A stretch of 64,000 nt of DNA from Octopus sinensis. Lineage: Eukaryota. The notes beneath the pieces were generated by a model, which saw only the letters and a list, made by a program, of their open reading frames with translations, did not search any database and was not told the DNA's origin. Below, piece by piece: positions 38,377 through 52,796 of this stretch. Numbering within the stretch: the first letter of the stretch is position 1; each line of letters opens with the position of its first letter. Location: the NCBI RefSeq assembly GCF_006345805.1, contig NC_042999.1:173848001-173912000 (forward strand). Direction: 5' to 3'. The translations under genes and the position numbers were made by a program.

Positions 38377-39164
38377 ATCATGATGGCGCTCCTACAACAT
38401 CATAAAGAGTTGTTGAGTGCCACATGCAAAACAGCATACTATTTGTATTGAGAGGAAAAACTTTACACATGTGGTTTCCGTACATGGACAGTGGGGAAGT
38501 CGATAATGTGACCTCCATACAGCTATAAGCAATACAGAGAACGAGTAAACGAAACTCAATATTTATTGTAGTAAATAGTTCAGTAAATTTCGGTAAGACG
38601 ATCGCAACTTGTCCCAGGAAGATCAATGACTTGACGAACAAATGAATATTCAATAATTCTTGAACATTTTAAACGGAGTGATTGTTGATGTCCTTTTCTT
38701 GTACACTTTTCTTTTTAATTCAGTTGACTTTTAATCACATCACGAAATCAAATTAGCAACGAATATTTAAAATAACTTTCTTATTCTGAACTTTCAATTG
38801 TCTTTCATATTTTTTTCTCCATACCTTCTTTACTCATTACTTTTATTTTATTCATTCAGTTTTGTGTATGTATGTGTGTGTATGCGTGAGTGCACGTGTG
38901 TGAGTGTGTGTGAGTGAGAGTGAGCGTGTGCGTGTGCGTTCATGTGCGCGCGTGCGGCTTTGTGTACGACTGTGGTTGTTTTTCTCTTTTTATCGTTTTA
39001 TGTTTTTTTTCTACTTTTTTTCTTAATTTCTTTTCGTTTCTTGGTAGACCTTTTATCAAATTATAATAATCTACAAAAGTAATATCCATTAGCACAGACA
39101 TACTGCTCAAGATTGGTTATTTCCTGTGTGGTTGTAATTGTTATAGTTTATTGCTGTTTTAATT

Positions 39165-39197
39165 ATTGAACTTATATTATTATCATTATTATTATTA

Positions 39198-39237
<40 letters not shown>

Positions 39238-39250
39238 GTTATTATTATTG

Positions 39251-39329
<79 letters not shown>

Positions 39330-39352
39330 CATCATCATTATTATTATTATTA
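39165..39352. repeat. (ATT)n microsatellite
   Basis: Directly visible. Confidence 0.95.
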
Positions 39353-40618
39353 TCTTGTTCTTGTTATGTTCATTCTTGTTACTGTTAATGTGTTTGTTAT
39401 TTTCCTTTGGTTTTCTTTTGTTGGTTTTGAATTGTGATCGTCATGTATTTGTGTAAAAGTTTGTTTTGTTTCGTCCTTTAATTTTTTGTTTTAATCTTGT
39501 TTACATCACAGCAATTTCCACTAAAGTTTATTCGTTTGGCTCCGAATGTCTGTTTTAACATAAATTAAATATCAAAAGCAAGAAGACACAGCACATTCTA
39601 TTGATTTGTCGTATTTTGAATTTAGCTTCATTTAACACTATAAATGATGGTTATTTTTTTTTTATCTCTTTGGTTTCTTTGTTGATTGTGTATTGGTTAG
39701 TGAGATGCTAGTTTTTATTTATTTGTTTGTTTTGTTGTGTTTTTATCTTTTCGTTTTGTTTTTCTTGTTTTGCTTTTCATTCTTCGAAGAAAAGGCCATT
39801 ACTTTCTAACGGAGCCTACCTGCTTGGATTAGAAATTACATGATTAGAAAGAATAACTCACTTCGCGATACAATTTATTAAGAGCTATTTATTTTCATGT
39901 TTCATTTCCTTGACGTACACAACTTTTATTTATGTATGCATTTATTTATTTATTTATTTGGTGTAGAAAGTTTGTTTTAGTTCTTGTTTTTTTTATGTTA
40001 TTTTAATGAATTAAGAAATAGAATCGAAAATAAAACGGCTTTGTTTATTCATATTTTTTCTTCTAATGTTCTTCTAATGTTGTTAGATTTTGTCGTCGTG
40101 CTTTCCTTTTTTTCTTTCTTTCTTTATTATCTCATTGATATTGAGTGGCGAAGAAATATTACATTTTAATTTGCTTAACAATAATTTATACAACTGTCAT
40201 AAAACAAATTAATAATCTTGGTGTGAAAATTATTCCTCGAATAGACTGATGTCTTTATGTGTCTTTTATGCATACACAAATTAGACAACGACCTAAATAA
40301 GATATAGATAACGAAAGAGATAAATACCAATTCTTTAGATATACAATATATATACATTGAATTTATAGAAACTCACCAAACACAAGCGATTTCTACATGT
40401 CAGCGTTACAGCCTAATAGAAAATTTATCGAATAGATAGTCACTCTTTATATAATTTCACTTCGTAGACGTAGTTGTTGATATTTTCATTTGCTAGACAT
40501 TAACGAAGACCAGACAGGTATATTCTATAGATATCATCTCTATGCTAGAAACTTTACATGTTCGAAGTATTTAATTGTAACATACAAATCTGTGTGCGTG
40601 TGTGCGTCTGTTCGTTTG

Positions 40619-40670
<52 letters not shown>

Positions 40671-41660
40671 TGCGTGCGTGTGTGTTAGTTGGGTCTAGAT
40701 TAAATAGTCTTGCCCTGCCATCTTCAAGCTTTCTAAAACCGACACAATTGATGGCGTTTAATATATACGTGTATGGGAACCCGAGTGTACGTACTTGTTT
40801 GCATATATGTGCATGCACCCGTGTACGTATTTGTGTACTTTATTGCACTGATTGCGCTTATGGTGACAGCATGTTGTACCATTTGTCTTTTTACTCTCAT
40901 GAAACTCGTCCTATAATTCAGTTTTAAATTACAGAGCTGAAAATCTCCTGATATACAATTTCAAAGTAAATGACCACGTTTTAGAGAACATAGTGTAACA
41001 CCTAACCTGGAATGCGAACATCTGAGCAGGGAATTCATCGTTCTGTATGGCTGTTGTGTTTTTTCTCCTTGTCAAAAAGGATCATATTACAACAGTAGGT
41101 TATGGGAAGAGTAACAAAAATAATATAAATAAATATTTTCGGTAAAGATTTTTCACGTTTGCAATTCGTTAATCAAGAAGCAATCTTTATAGTTATACTT
41201 TTAAATAATCACCTTACTCCACATCATCAAAGATAATTCATGTTCTTCAGAGAAACCCATTGAGAAAAAGAGGGAACGTGCTTTGCAAACAGAACACAAA
41301 AATCTTTCGATAAATTCTCAAGTAGCTCAATAAATTATAACCCGCCTTTATTACAGAAAAACCTTATTTTCTGATTATCTTCGACTTAATTTACTGTCAT
41401 TCGAGGAAATTCTCATTAACAGAAATCTCTTTCCAAATTTTCTAACCGTTCTAAATAAGATCAAATGATCGAGTGACCTTGCTTCGTTCTTCAGTTTTCG
41501 CAATTCTTCTCCTGTGATTGTAATTACATTTTAATTAGTTTCTAGAAAACATTAAGCGATATATTATTTCTACAATTGAGAGATCTCTGTTTAGAAATCT
41601 ACAATACAGGATGAATTATATTGCACATCTTTAATTAAGAATTAATATTCGGAAACCATA

Positions 41661-41870
41661 AGGTGGCGAGATGGCAGAATCGTTAGTACGCCGGACGAAA
41701 TGCTACTAAGCATTTCGCCCGTCTTCATGTTCTTCATTCAATTTCTCCGAAGTCGAATTTGCCTTTCATCCTTTCAGCGTCGATAAAATCAGTATCAGTC
41801 GAGCACTGGGGTCGATTACATCGACTTGCCTCCTACCCCAAAATGGCTAGACTTGTGCCAAAATTTTAAA
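41661..41870 (+). mobile_element. SINE family B
   Basis: ggtggcgagatggcagaatcgttagtacgccgg ... gagcactggggtcgattacatcgactt ... cttgtgccaaaa; aligns with 27524-27694 and 63917-64000. Confidence 0.85.
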
Positions 41871-42874
41871 TCAATATTCGAAAACCATTTTAGTCTTAGA
41901 CTAAAAACTGAACTACGACGAAGATGGTTTGGACAGGTAACACTTTTTTCTTTTAGTTTTGAAATATATACGGTGAGCATTATACAGAAGTGATACGTTA
42001 TTTCGATTCTATTTCTTAATAGGCCACCAGCTTCTCCCACTGACGGTAACGATACACTTAAGAAAAATGTAAACAGCAAAGATCTTATGAAATGATTTTT
42101 ACAAATTCCCTGACAGGCAATCTTAGAAACAATAACAAAGAGATTGGTTGTTGTTGTATAAGAGGTGTATGAGAAACAATGCCGAGTCTTAAATGTGTAC
42201 CAGAGTTGATAGAGCGTCTGTATGATAGAGTTTGATCAGCAGACACTGTGATAAGGGGATCTGTTTCGGTGTAATTTCTCCAGATGTGATCCTAAAGAGA
42301 AGCGTATAGCCCTAATTTGGGGGTAGTTAACCAGAAATTTCGTATGCCGAACACGGTGAAGAGGGACGAGATATTCTTAGCAACACGCAACTGCATCTTA
42401 CCGTAATGTTGTGACTTATTGAACATTTTTCGACTTTTAATATCATATTTCATTTTAATTATTGCCAACTTTTTAAGCCCTGGCAGCCTGAAAGCGGCAA
42501 AAAATTTTTTCTGCTCTACGTTATCATTTGTTTATGCGCATGTGCAAACATAACACCTTCCACCTTACACACACTATCCTATAGGGCAATTTCGGCACCC
42601 TAATTCACACACACACATACAGTCATGCTCACACAGCCACATGCACTCTTTCACACTATCCACCTAACATCTTCATACACACCGAATCTCCAAACCTCAC
42701 TTACCAACGCCAAAATGCTTCTACACACACTTTTATACACATACATACATCACACTAATGTAGACACATACACTATTCACTCTTCACCCCACTTCCATAT
42801 CCTATTTTGGGACACAGAAATATCCTGACAAATGCATCTGCACACCAAGACATTTCTGCATACAAGACTATCCT

Positions 42875-43030
42875 TGAGCACTGACTTAAAGAATTTTTAG
42901 TTAAATAAATCGAGCCCAGTACTTATTTTTTTAAGCCTGATACTTATTCCATCATACTCTTTTGCCGAACCGCTAATTACGGGGTGCAAATACACCAACA
43001 GCGGTTTTCAAGCGGTGGTGAGGGTAAACA
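42875..43030 (-). mobile_element. SINE fragment (family of 28638-28825)
   Basis: aatcga.cc ... tactta ... ttgccgaaccgcta.ttacgggg ... caagcg is shared with 28638-28825. Confidence 0.7.
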
Positions 43031-43043
43031 CACACACACACAC

Positions 43044-43123
<80 letters not shown>

Positions 43124-43128
43124 TATAC

Positions 43129-43293
43129 ACGTCAGGCTTCTTTCAATTTCCGTCTACAAAATCCTCTAACAAGGCTTTTGTCGACCTCAGGCTATAGTAG
43201 AATACACTTGCTCAAGGTATTACGCAGTGGGACTGAACCAGGGACCATGTACTTGGGAAGAACACTTGCTACTACACAGCTACGACTGCACCT
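43129..43293 (-). mobile_element. tRNA/CORE-like SINE
   Basis: The sense strand has a tRNA-like head with B box ggttcagtccc, then ccttgagcaagtg (CORE-like), and ends in (TA)n. Confidence 0.8.
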
Positions 43294-43307
43294 ATTGTGT
43301 GTGTATG

Positions 43308-43343
<36 letters not shown>

Positions 43344-43365
43344 CAGAGGGAGAGAGAGAGAGAGC

Positions 43366-43438
<73 letters not shown>

Positions 43439-43488
43439 TACTCATACATACACATTATATATATATACATACATATACATACATAAAT

Positions 43489-43602
43489 AGAGCGTAGGCT
43501 CGAAGCGTAAAATACTTTTTCTATTCCTGAGCGTTATACTAATACATCTGTTTCTTTTGTACACCACCTATCTTCGTCTTTTGTTTTTTTCGTAAACTCT
43601 CC
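43489..43602 (+). mobile_element. Penelope-like terminal repeat fragment (second copy of 12663-12770)
   Basis: gagcgtaggctcgaagcgtaaaa...ttcctgagcgtta.actaatacatctg; the hammerhead core is truncated and GAAA is changed to GAAG. Confidence 0.7.
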
Positions 43603-43904
43603 TTATATATATATAACCCCTGCCCAGTTAGTCTGACTTCATCCTATTTTGGTGATTACACTGTTTTCCTTTCTATGATGTTCTACGCTACTGATCATAT
43701 TATGTACGCTTGTAGTGACTTTATGAAATTAAATCTCTTTTCGACTAAATTATATACCCACTAAAAACTATACTTAAAAACTAAAATCATACATACAATA
43801 GCACCTGTAAGATTACAACTTATAAAATCTCTTCGGTCTGAATACTTTTGACTGCCCTCACTATGCCCATATCTATTGCCCTCTCTTTTCCCTCTATTGC
43901 ATGC

Positions 43905-43935
<31 letters not shown>

Positions 43936-43955
43936 TTTCATTTGGTTGCTTTGGT

Positions 43956-43992
<37 letters not shown>

Positions 43993-44405
43993 GTATGTGT
44001 TTGGGTGTGTATTCATCCGCCATTCGAACAATATGGCTAGACCATCTCATTTGGTTTTTCAGAATCATTGATTTCATTGATGTGATGCCTGCAGACGCAA
44101 AGACATCTGTGCCTCTATTAAAAACGTTCTATTTAATGTTGAAAATGCGTCATTAATCGTTCTAACAATATGAAACGTCTTTCATAACACGCCTATGTTC
44201 CAGAATACAGCAGAAATGGTAAAACAAATGATTTGTTAAGAGCCAATTTTGTGTTGTTATTTATATGTCATTGGCACCAACTGCGTGACTCCAAACCGCC
44301 AAATGCTTGTGTTGCCCTTTGAATTCGCAGATGTATTTCTGTGTCCAGATTTCCATCATTATGTACAGAGCTTCCGAAGTAAATGACTGAGTCAACAACC
44401 TCAAG

Positions 44406-44975
44406 TATTTGGTCATCCCATAACTAATACGGTGTTTTATTCTTTTATTTTTCAAAATCAATACAAACAAAGTTGTTGGGTTTTTTTCTTAATCTAAAAT
44501 ATGCTTTCCTTCATTTTCTACAATGCTCTTCCGTCTACCTGGTAGACTTGCAATGCCCCTTTTCCAAGATCCGCTTGTCCGTGACGAAAAATACTCCTCC
44601 ACTACTGTTCTGACCTTGTCTACAGAATTCATATTTTTTCAGTCCAAATAATTTTGAAGACTGCGAAATAAACGATAATCAGATGAGGCAATATCCGGCA
44701 AATATGATGAGTGGAGCATCCTTTCCCATTGAAACTGGTCCAGCATTTGGAATGTCATCTTCGCTGTACATGGCCGAGCACTATCCTCATGGAAGAACAT
44801 CCTTCGTTTCTCTTCTGGTGCTGACTTCAGCCGCTCAAGCTGCTCGCAGTAGATCTCCTTTGTTATCGTTTGCTTTGGGTTTAAAGTTCAAAGTGGACTA
44901 AACCTTTCACGTCGTCCCAAACAGATAATAGCACCTTACGGAGGTAGGACCTTCTTTAGCTTAAGATGCCGGTGT
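44406..44975 (-). mobile_element. Mariner 3' half nested in the RTE element
   Basis: Minus-strand KVLLSVWDDVKGLVHFEL..EQLERLKSA..EDSARPCTA..WERMLHSSYLPDIASSDYRLFRSLQNYLD..ENEGKHILD*, with the stop at 44489-91. TA plus a probable TIR (TTTGGTCATCCCATAACTAATACGG) at 44406. Confidence 0.8.
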
Positions 44976-44980
44976 TTCCT

Positions 44981-45101
44981 CTCATGCCAGGGCAACTGAG
45001 ACCAGGACCACTCATTTCCGGACAACTCATATCAGACAACTCATACCTGGACAATTGATATCAAGGACAACGGATAAATAAGACAACGCATACCGGGTAA
45101 A
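44981..45101. repeat. Degenerate 14-16-bp tandem repeat (~CTCATACCAGGACAA) x~8
   Basis: Units start at 44981, 44996, 45011, 45026, 45040, 45055, 45071 and 45087. Confidence 0.8.
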
Positions 45102-46787
45102 GAGTGACAAAGATTTAATTTTGAAAGAAACACGAAGAATAAATTAACCGCGCACACCACACACACGCAAAACAACACATACACACACCACACATACACA
45201 CTCACACAAATATACACTACATACACCACTGACTAGACCGCAACCGTCAGCGTATAGCAGTTCCTTAATGAGTTCCTTAATGTTTTGAATTTCAGTCTGG
45301 TCAGATTAAAAACATTCCCTGTTGTCCGGTACTTTATGTAAATACCTTCCTCGGAGTTTTGAAAAGGGTGTGACAGCACAACAGCAAAGTATATTGCAAA
45401 AAGGATGGGTGCATCAAAGTCTCCTTGCTTTACTCCATTTTCCACGGCAAAAGATTCAGAAAGCCAACCACCAAAATTAATTCTAGCCTTCATATCTTGA
45501 TGCATAGATCTGTTCATATTTATACATTTTTCTGGACAGAATTAGCTACAGAGATTTTTCTGGATAGGATTAGCCAGAGAGATTTCGATTAACAGTATTG
45601 AATACCTTGCTTAAACCAACACAGCAATGGTACAGGGCAACTTTCTATTCAATGCATTTTTCCTGAAATTGTCTGATACTAAAGATACAATCAATTGTGC
45701 CCCTGTATAAGCGAAAACCACATTGAGGCTCAGATACTGTGTTTGGAACTATGAAGATAGTTAAACGTTCTAACAGAATGCGAGCAAGTACCTTTCTAAC
45801 TGCAGACAAAAGCGAAATCCCACAAAAAGTACTACACAGATCCTTTGGCCCCGATTTATACAAGGAGACTAAAATGGCATCGATCCAGTCTTGAGGCAGT
45901 TCCTCAGTTCTCGAACAGTGATAAATTAATTTATTTAAGAGTTCAAACATTTTGTCACCCTTATATTTCAAAACCTCTGCAAATATTCCATCAGACTCTG
46001 GTTATTTATTGTTATTCAACTTATTCACACCTAAATAAATGTCATTTAGAGTTGGTTCAAATGCCATTTCCTCTATAAAAGGAAGGTTTTCGATTTTTTT
46101 CTATCATCCTCATGTCAATGGATGATGGTCTATTCAAAAGTGAAGAAAAATGTTCTTCCCAGCGTTTATAAATAGAATGAATAGAAGCGGCGTCAGTCAA
46201 AAGCAAATGTCCATTGTTTTGTTCTCACTGGAGCTATTGAAGAAGATTTTGGGCCATATACTTCCTTAACATAAGAGTACAAATCTATGGCATCATTTCT
46301 GTCAGCTGCTTCATGCACCTCTTTTGCTCTGTCATTCCACCATTCCTATTTAATTTTCCTTAAAACAGTCTGCACTTTCCCTCACAGCTTTCTGTAAGCT
46401 TCGTTTGAGTTGGGGTTCAAGAACTGAGAAAGAAGTGTATTGCCTAAGTTTTGTTTTTCAAAAAGTAGATCATGAATTTCTGGTGATTTGTCTGAAAACC
46501 AGTCACCGGACTTACGCGATTTAAGTCCCACTGAATTTGCAGCCTGAAATACTTTGGTTTTAAAGAAATCTTCCCATAGATTGTTTGGATTAAGATTGAT
46601 ACTTTCTATACCATCGTGGAATCTTTGCAAGTTGCTTGGCAATTTGAAGTTAGCAACATTTAACTATTTTGGTACTTTAGGACCAGGCTATCAACTTTTA
46701 GGCATTATCGAAAAATTCATTTTTCCACGCATTAGACGATGGTGAGTTCTGCTATAGATAGACAGACAGACAGACAGACGGACGGAC

Positions 46788-46887
<100 letters not shown>

Positions 46888-46892
46888 GGATC

Positions 46893-46982
<90 letters not shown>

Positions 46983-47189
46983 GGGTGTATATATGTATGT
47001 CATTTATATGTTGTGTCATGCAGTGTCTGATGTGTAACTTTTGTCTGCAATCGCTATTTTTTGGATACATAAAGTAGTTAATGAAAATGATTCATAAAAT
47101 AAATAATGTGGAGAGATAAACCAAAAATTATACACGGCTTCATAACATCGTTTCACGCCCCTCCCAATTAATATCTTATATTAGTTGAA

Positions 47190-47234
<45 letters not shown>

Positions 47235-49238
47235 CCTCCCTTTCTCTCTCACGACAGAGTCGCATGTGCTCTTGTATATGACTAACACTCGTATACATAC
47301 TTATTGATCATAACCTCGTACAGCGAATAAACATACGTATTTCTTCTGTGCTCCATAAATAGGCATATGCGAACATAGTTTTTCTTACTTCGTGACTTCA
47401 ACAGCCTGGTCAAGTTTCCATGCATGTGCTAGAGAAAGAACCTTGCTTGCATTTTTCATCCTGCATTAAGAGTGCCAAGATGTCGATTGTATTGCATACC
47501 ATCACCGACACGGTAAAATAAATAAAATTAATAGGAAGAAAACCAAATCAAAACGAATAAATCAAAAGTAATAAGGAAAAAGAAAAGGGAATCAGACACT
47601 GAAATGTGGAGAAGCACACATTCTCGGCAAAATATTGCTATCTCCGGAATATAATTCTACGCCAAGCAATTTATAGAGAAAACCTAGAGCATACTAACAG
47701 TAATGGAGCGAAAGGCGATCTTTTTTTTCTTTCCTGTTTTTATTGTTTTTTTTTTCTGTAACGTTAGATCCAGCAGGCTCACAGATAAGAAATTTGTTTT
47801 AAAGCTAAACAGAAATCTCTTTTACGTTAAAGACATGGAAAGATTTAGATTATAAGATGTGATTAGTCTGATAATAATGCCACGTTTAACAACCAAGCTT
47901 ATAGATTTCATATTACATTAAAACAATATCTACAACCGCATCAAAGTTTCAGCACCGTATTTGTGAGAGCTGATAAAATCAAATATTGTATACGAGACTG
48001 ACAAAAACACATACGATAGATTATTAGAAAATATAGGTAAGACATACAAAGTAAGTATTCCTAGAATAAATAATGTAGTTAACGATGGAGCAAAGTACCT
48101 AAATGTGCAGTGTTGCATTCAAAGATAACCTGCATCTTACATATAAGGATCATAAAGAAAATTTCACTAACAACTTTATATGTAGACATAAATCTCATAC
48201 AAACTGTATTAGGTATAGCCATGCAACACATGTATCATAGTATCAAATTAAGAATAAGATGAGTTATAAAATTAATGCAATGGAAGGGTGGCAGTGCTTC
48301 TGTAAAAAGGTGTAAATATATCGATGGTTAAACCAACTGATTAAACTTTATCGAGTTCGATAAAGTGGAATTTTTATCCATCGATCTCTAGAAATCTACT
48401 AAATTCAACAAAATATTTACCTCTATAGCATAAGCTGAAATTAGTATAGTTATGAACAACGCAAATTCCTTGTATTTTACAATCCCTACAGAGTCGGGGA
48501 GCAAATCAGTGGGGTTTTTGATATATTTAGCTTCAAAGAGTCGGGGGTGACCTTCATATCTTACATGTACCTAGAAATGAAGCAAAAGTATCGGATTATA
48601 TAGAGACTATTTGTAGTATATAAAAGGAATGGATACGAGATGGATATTCTTATAAAAAATAATTGAATCTTAAAATAAATGTTAACGCAAATTAAAAGTA
48701 GTGAAATAACCCGATATTCCATAAACCGAAAGAGAATACATGTATAAATACCCCAGTAACGAACTCACGATCATTAAGTATAACGTAGCTGACACATCCC
48801 AATAAATTTCAGATAAATATATATTCCATAAGGCAACCCTATACTACAACGACGTTTTCAAACAAAAATTAAAGTTATTGAAAGGGACTCCACTGAACTT
48901 CGTAATCACCTAAGAAAGAATATCATAGGGTGCGATCTGATATATTGTACCAAGAACATAATATAGACATATGATATTTAATCCTACTAAACATTCACTT
49001 TACTGCGAAAGAGAAATATTATTATTCTCTAAATAAAAGTCTGCATATCATATAGAACTCAATACAAACAGCAAAGTTTATACATGTAGTAGATTGCTCA
49101 ATAGCGGAACCGTGAGTCTTCAATTACACTTTCACTCACTTTCTCATTCTCTGCTTGTCTATTTCACATCCCCTTCTCTCACTACTCCCTCCTTTTTATC
49201 CCTACTACTTTCTCTCTCCTCTCTTTCATATATATATG

Positions 49239-49271
<33 letters not shown>

Positions 49272-49298
49272 GACATATATATACATATACATATATAC

Positions 49299-49335
<37 letters not shown>

Positions 49336-49378
49336 AGATGTATATATGTATATGTATGTGTATGTATATATGAATGTG

Positions 49379-49416
<38 letters not shown>

Positions 49417-49475
49417 GATAAAACTTACTTGGAAAAGGATGCGTGGCGTTCGATCAAATAATAATATTATAATAT

Positions 49476-49580
<105 letters not shown>

Positions 49581-50788
49581 GTATATGTATATATATACAT
49601 ACATACACACATGCAAACACACACACACACACGCCGTTTATCTGTCTAGGTAATTCTCCATCTGTCTCTCCGGCTATCTATATATCTGCACAAACGTACA
49701 CATGTATATTTATGTCTATAGAAATATATACATTCGTTATATAGATTTAAAGATAGACAAATATGTAGGAGTGTGTGTGTATTCTTTGGAATGCTTTTCC
49801 CTATTGATCGTTTTTTTTCATTATATCTCTATCATTACTGTAACAAATATAATGCTAATGTAACCCAATTCTCCTTATATAGCTCCGGAGCAAATAAAAT
49901 ATTTGCTCCTGTACTCTTAGAATATATGTTATGCATCTCGTATATGTATGTATGCATGCATGTATGTATATTTATATGTATATGACTGTGTGTCTGTGTT
50001 TATATGCATATATTTATCTATGTATACATATTCTATGCCTTAGCTTTCTGCGTCTAGAGTTACGAGACTGTTCAATGATTTGCTGTGTGGAGAAAGGTTT
50101 TAGTGTTCTGAATACGTAGACAGAAGATAGGTTACATCAGATTTATAATACATTATACTCTTTGAAGACAAAAACAGGATTTGCAAGGCTTACACAGCTG
50201 TGAAGAGTGCTTAAGTATTTTATTTGTTTACTCCTCTCCAGTCTTGGAAACTTATACATGAATCAATTATCGCAATCTTCGTCGAATTGTTTCAAATGAA
50301 ACATTCAGGAAATAGAGATGTTTTGGTTTGATGCTGTTCTCCATTTATACTGTTCTTTGTTTTCCGTTTCTTTTTCTTCCTTTTTCTGTTTTTCCATTTT
50401 GTTTTAAGTTCTCTTCGTGATTTTGCACATCCGTATCACGGTGATCTGATAAACAGTAATATTGTTAGTAGAATGTAGTACATTTATGTATATGATTATG
50501 TTATGTATGTATGTATGTATGTATGTATGTATGTATGTATGCGTATATACATACACATATACATATATATATATATGTAGACATATATATAATATATATA
50601 TATTTTATATATATACATACCTTTCTACACATATATATGTATGTATAACTATATGTATATATATGTACATACGTTTACGTAACATATAAATATATATATA
50701 TTACTTATATTTACTTATGCAAATATATGCGTATATAGTGTGTGTGTTTGTGTATGTATACACACGCAGACACACACGTGTGTGTGTT

Positions 50789-50836
<48 letters not shown>

Positions 50837-50859
50837 TATATATTACATATATATATATT

Positions 50860-50936
<77 letters not shown>

Positions 50937-51372
50937 AAGCAACCACGTATTTAGGCATTACTGTTTTGTACATAAGTGTTTTGATGTGCCGTTGTAAATC
51001 TTAACGCTATAATCATATTAATAAAACATCAATAATTTACTAAACTCGTTTATCTCTGCTGAAATGTGAATAGAGAGCTTAAGATAGATTTCTGCACTCT
51101 ATATAAAAGCTTCGGATGAAATACGTAAAGAGTTTTGCGTTTCTACAGAATATCAAAGAAAATGTTATGAAAGTTACATAGTAGATATTTTCAAATGACT
51201 GATTTCCCTCAGTCTAAATCCTCAGAACGATGAATGGAGATAACTTCAAACTCATAGATAAATAAATCATATCTTTCTGCTGAAATGAAATACATTCTGT
51301 GAGAGATGGGGTGCTTGGAAATATTGGAAGCGCAAAAGTAATTATTTCGACGCGTTTTATTTACATTTGATT

Positions 51373-51434
<62 letters not shown>

Positions 51435-52090
51435 ATATATGTATGTGTGTATATGTATATATGTTTATGTGTCTTATTGACTGAGAGTATATTTGTCTAT
51501 TCCTAAGTGTTTGTTTTTATTAGGTTTTTCTTTTTTTTTTGTTATTTTCTTTTTGTATTATGTCTATACTAAAAGTTATGGCAAGCAATATCGGGAAAGA
51601 GATTGGTTACAATACATATATATTATATTAATTGATATGTTAACATATGTGCAAATGAACGAAAACAAGCACACACACACATACACACGAAGTATACAAA
51701 TGTATGCCTTTATATTTATAAATAAATATCCACTTATAGATGTGTATACAAATATGTAATCCATAATTATACACACACATACATACACACCCTCATATAT
51801 ATATATATAATATTAGTAGATTTGATGTATTAAACATAATTTAGACCTGTGATGTGGAGTACATAATACAGTGTGTAACAATTCAAACTCTATGTCATTC
51901 GTACCAAATTGACATATCATATTCCATCACGTTGGAAGTAGAGTTTAGCTTGGGAGTAGCTAAATTTTTGCATGAACGACGAGCTAAATGTGTATTCTGT
52001 AACTGTATTGCAAGATATTAGTTCAGATTATGCTTCCTGCAATATTTTTAGATAGTTTCCTCATGAGGTGAGCGATGATCAAGAGTGGAT

Positions 52091-52326
52091 ATTATTATTA
52101 TTGAGTGACAGAGCAGTGCATGCCATCAAAGTGTCACTGGGGTAAAATATACCCATCATGACTACCCGTCTGATAAGCGTACACCAGGCACATGCATCAC
52201 AACCATATGTGCGCGACATGGTGATCTCATATCAGGATAAACAGCGCATGATCTTGCAGGTGGGGCCCAGTTAGAATTTTCTTCTGGTCGAGTAGCCCAT
52301 TCCGTTCAAAACGTCCCTGAATAAGG
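52091..52326 (-). mobile_element. Interspersed-repeat (probable LINE 3' end) with (TAA)n tail
   Basis: A GC-richer block ending on the minus strand in gcactgctctgtcactc-(AAT)n. Family not identified. Confidence 0.4.
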
Positions 52327-52619
52327 ATTGTTTAAGAATGTTGAACGAACCACCCATGTTTCCAAAGGTGAATTATCCAAACCTCCAAGAAACTCCTTTC
52401 AACACACGGCTATGATGCTCCCCCACTATTTCTGCTTGTGTTCAGAGATGTACATATCGTCAGCCACTAAAGGACATGGTCAGCTGGTTAAGGTGAAACA
52501 ACTGACAAGCAAATCTGTAGCATTGAGCAGAATATTTCCTGTAGCCCACCTTTTAACACTTCCAATTAGTTTAGATCAGAAGCTATGAGAGCCACTGTCT
52601 GGTACTGCATCAAGGCATT

Positions 52620-52623
52620 TATT

Positions 52624-52705
<82 letters not shown>

Positions 52706-52712
52706 CCATCAC

Positions 52713-52796
<84 letters not shown>

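Larger units (their letters stand above)
43998..46750 (-). mobile_element. RTE-clade LINE pseudogene interrupted by nested insertions
   Basis: ORF 45645..45971 (LPQDWIDAILVSLYK...GISLLSAVRKVLARILLERL...EPQCGFR...RQFQEKCIE), ORF 45233..45517 (ENGVKQGD..APILFAIYF...YRTTGNVFNL), ELLYADG, LEVVDSVIYFGS...DTEIHLRIQRATQAFG (about 44.3 kb) and QMRWSSHIVRM (about 44.03 kb). Confidence 0.9.

Noticed and set aside
41882-41932. Nested small hairpins (TTTTAGTC-tta-GACTAAAA inside AAACCAT/ATGGTTT)
   Set aside because: Short AT-rich stems are expected by chance in this composition, and there is no second copy in the window.
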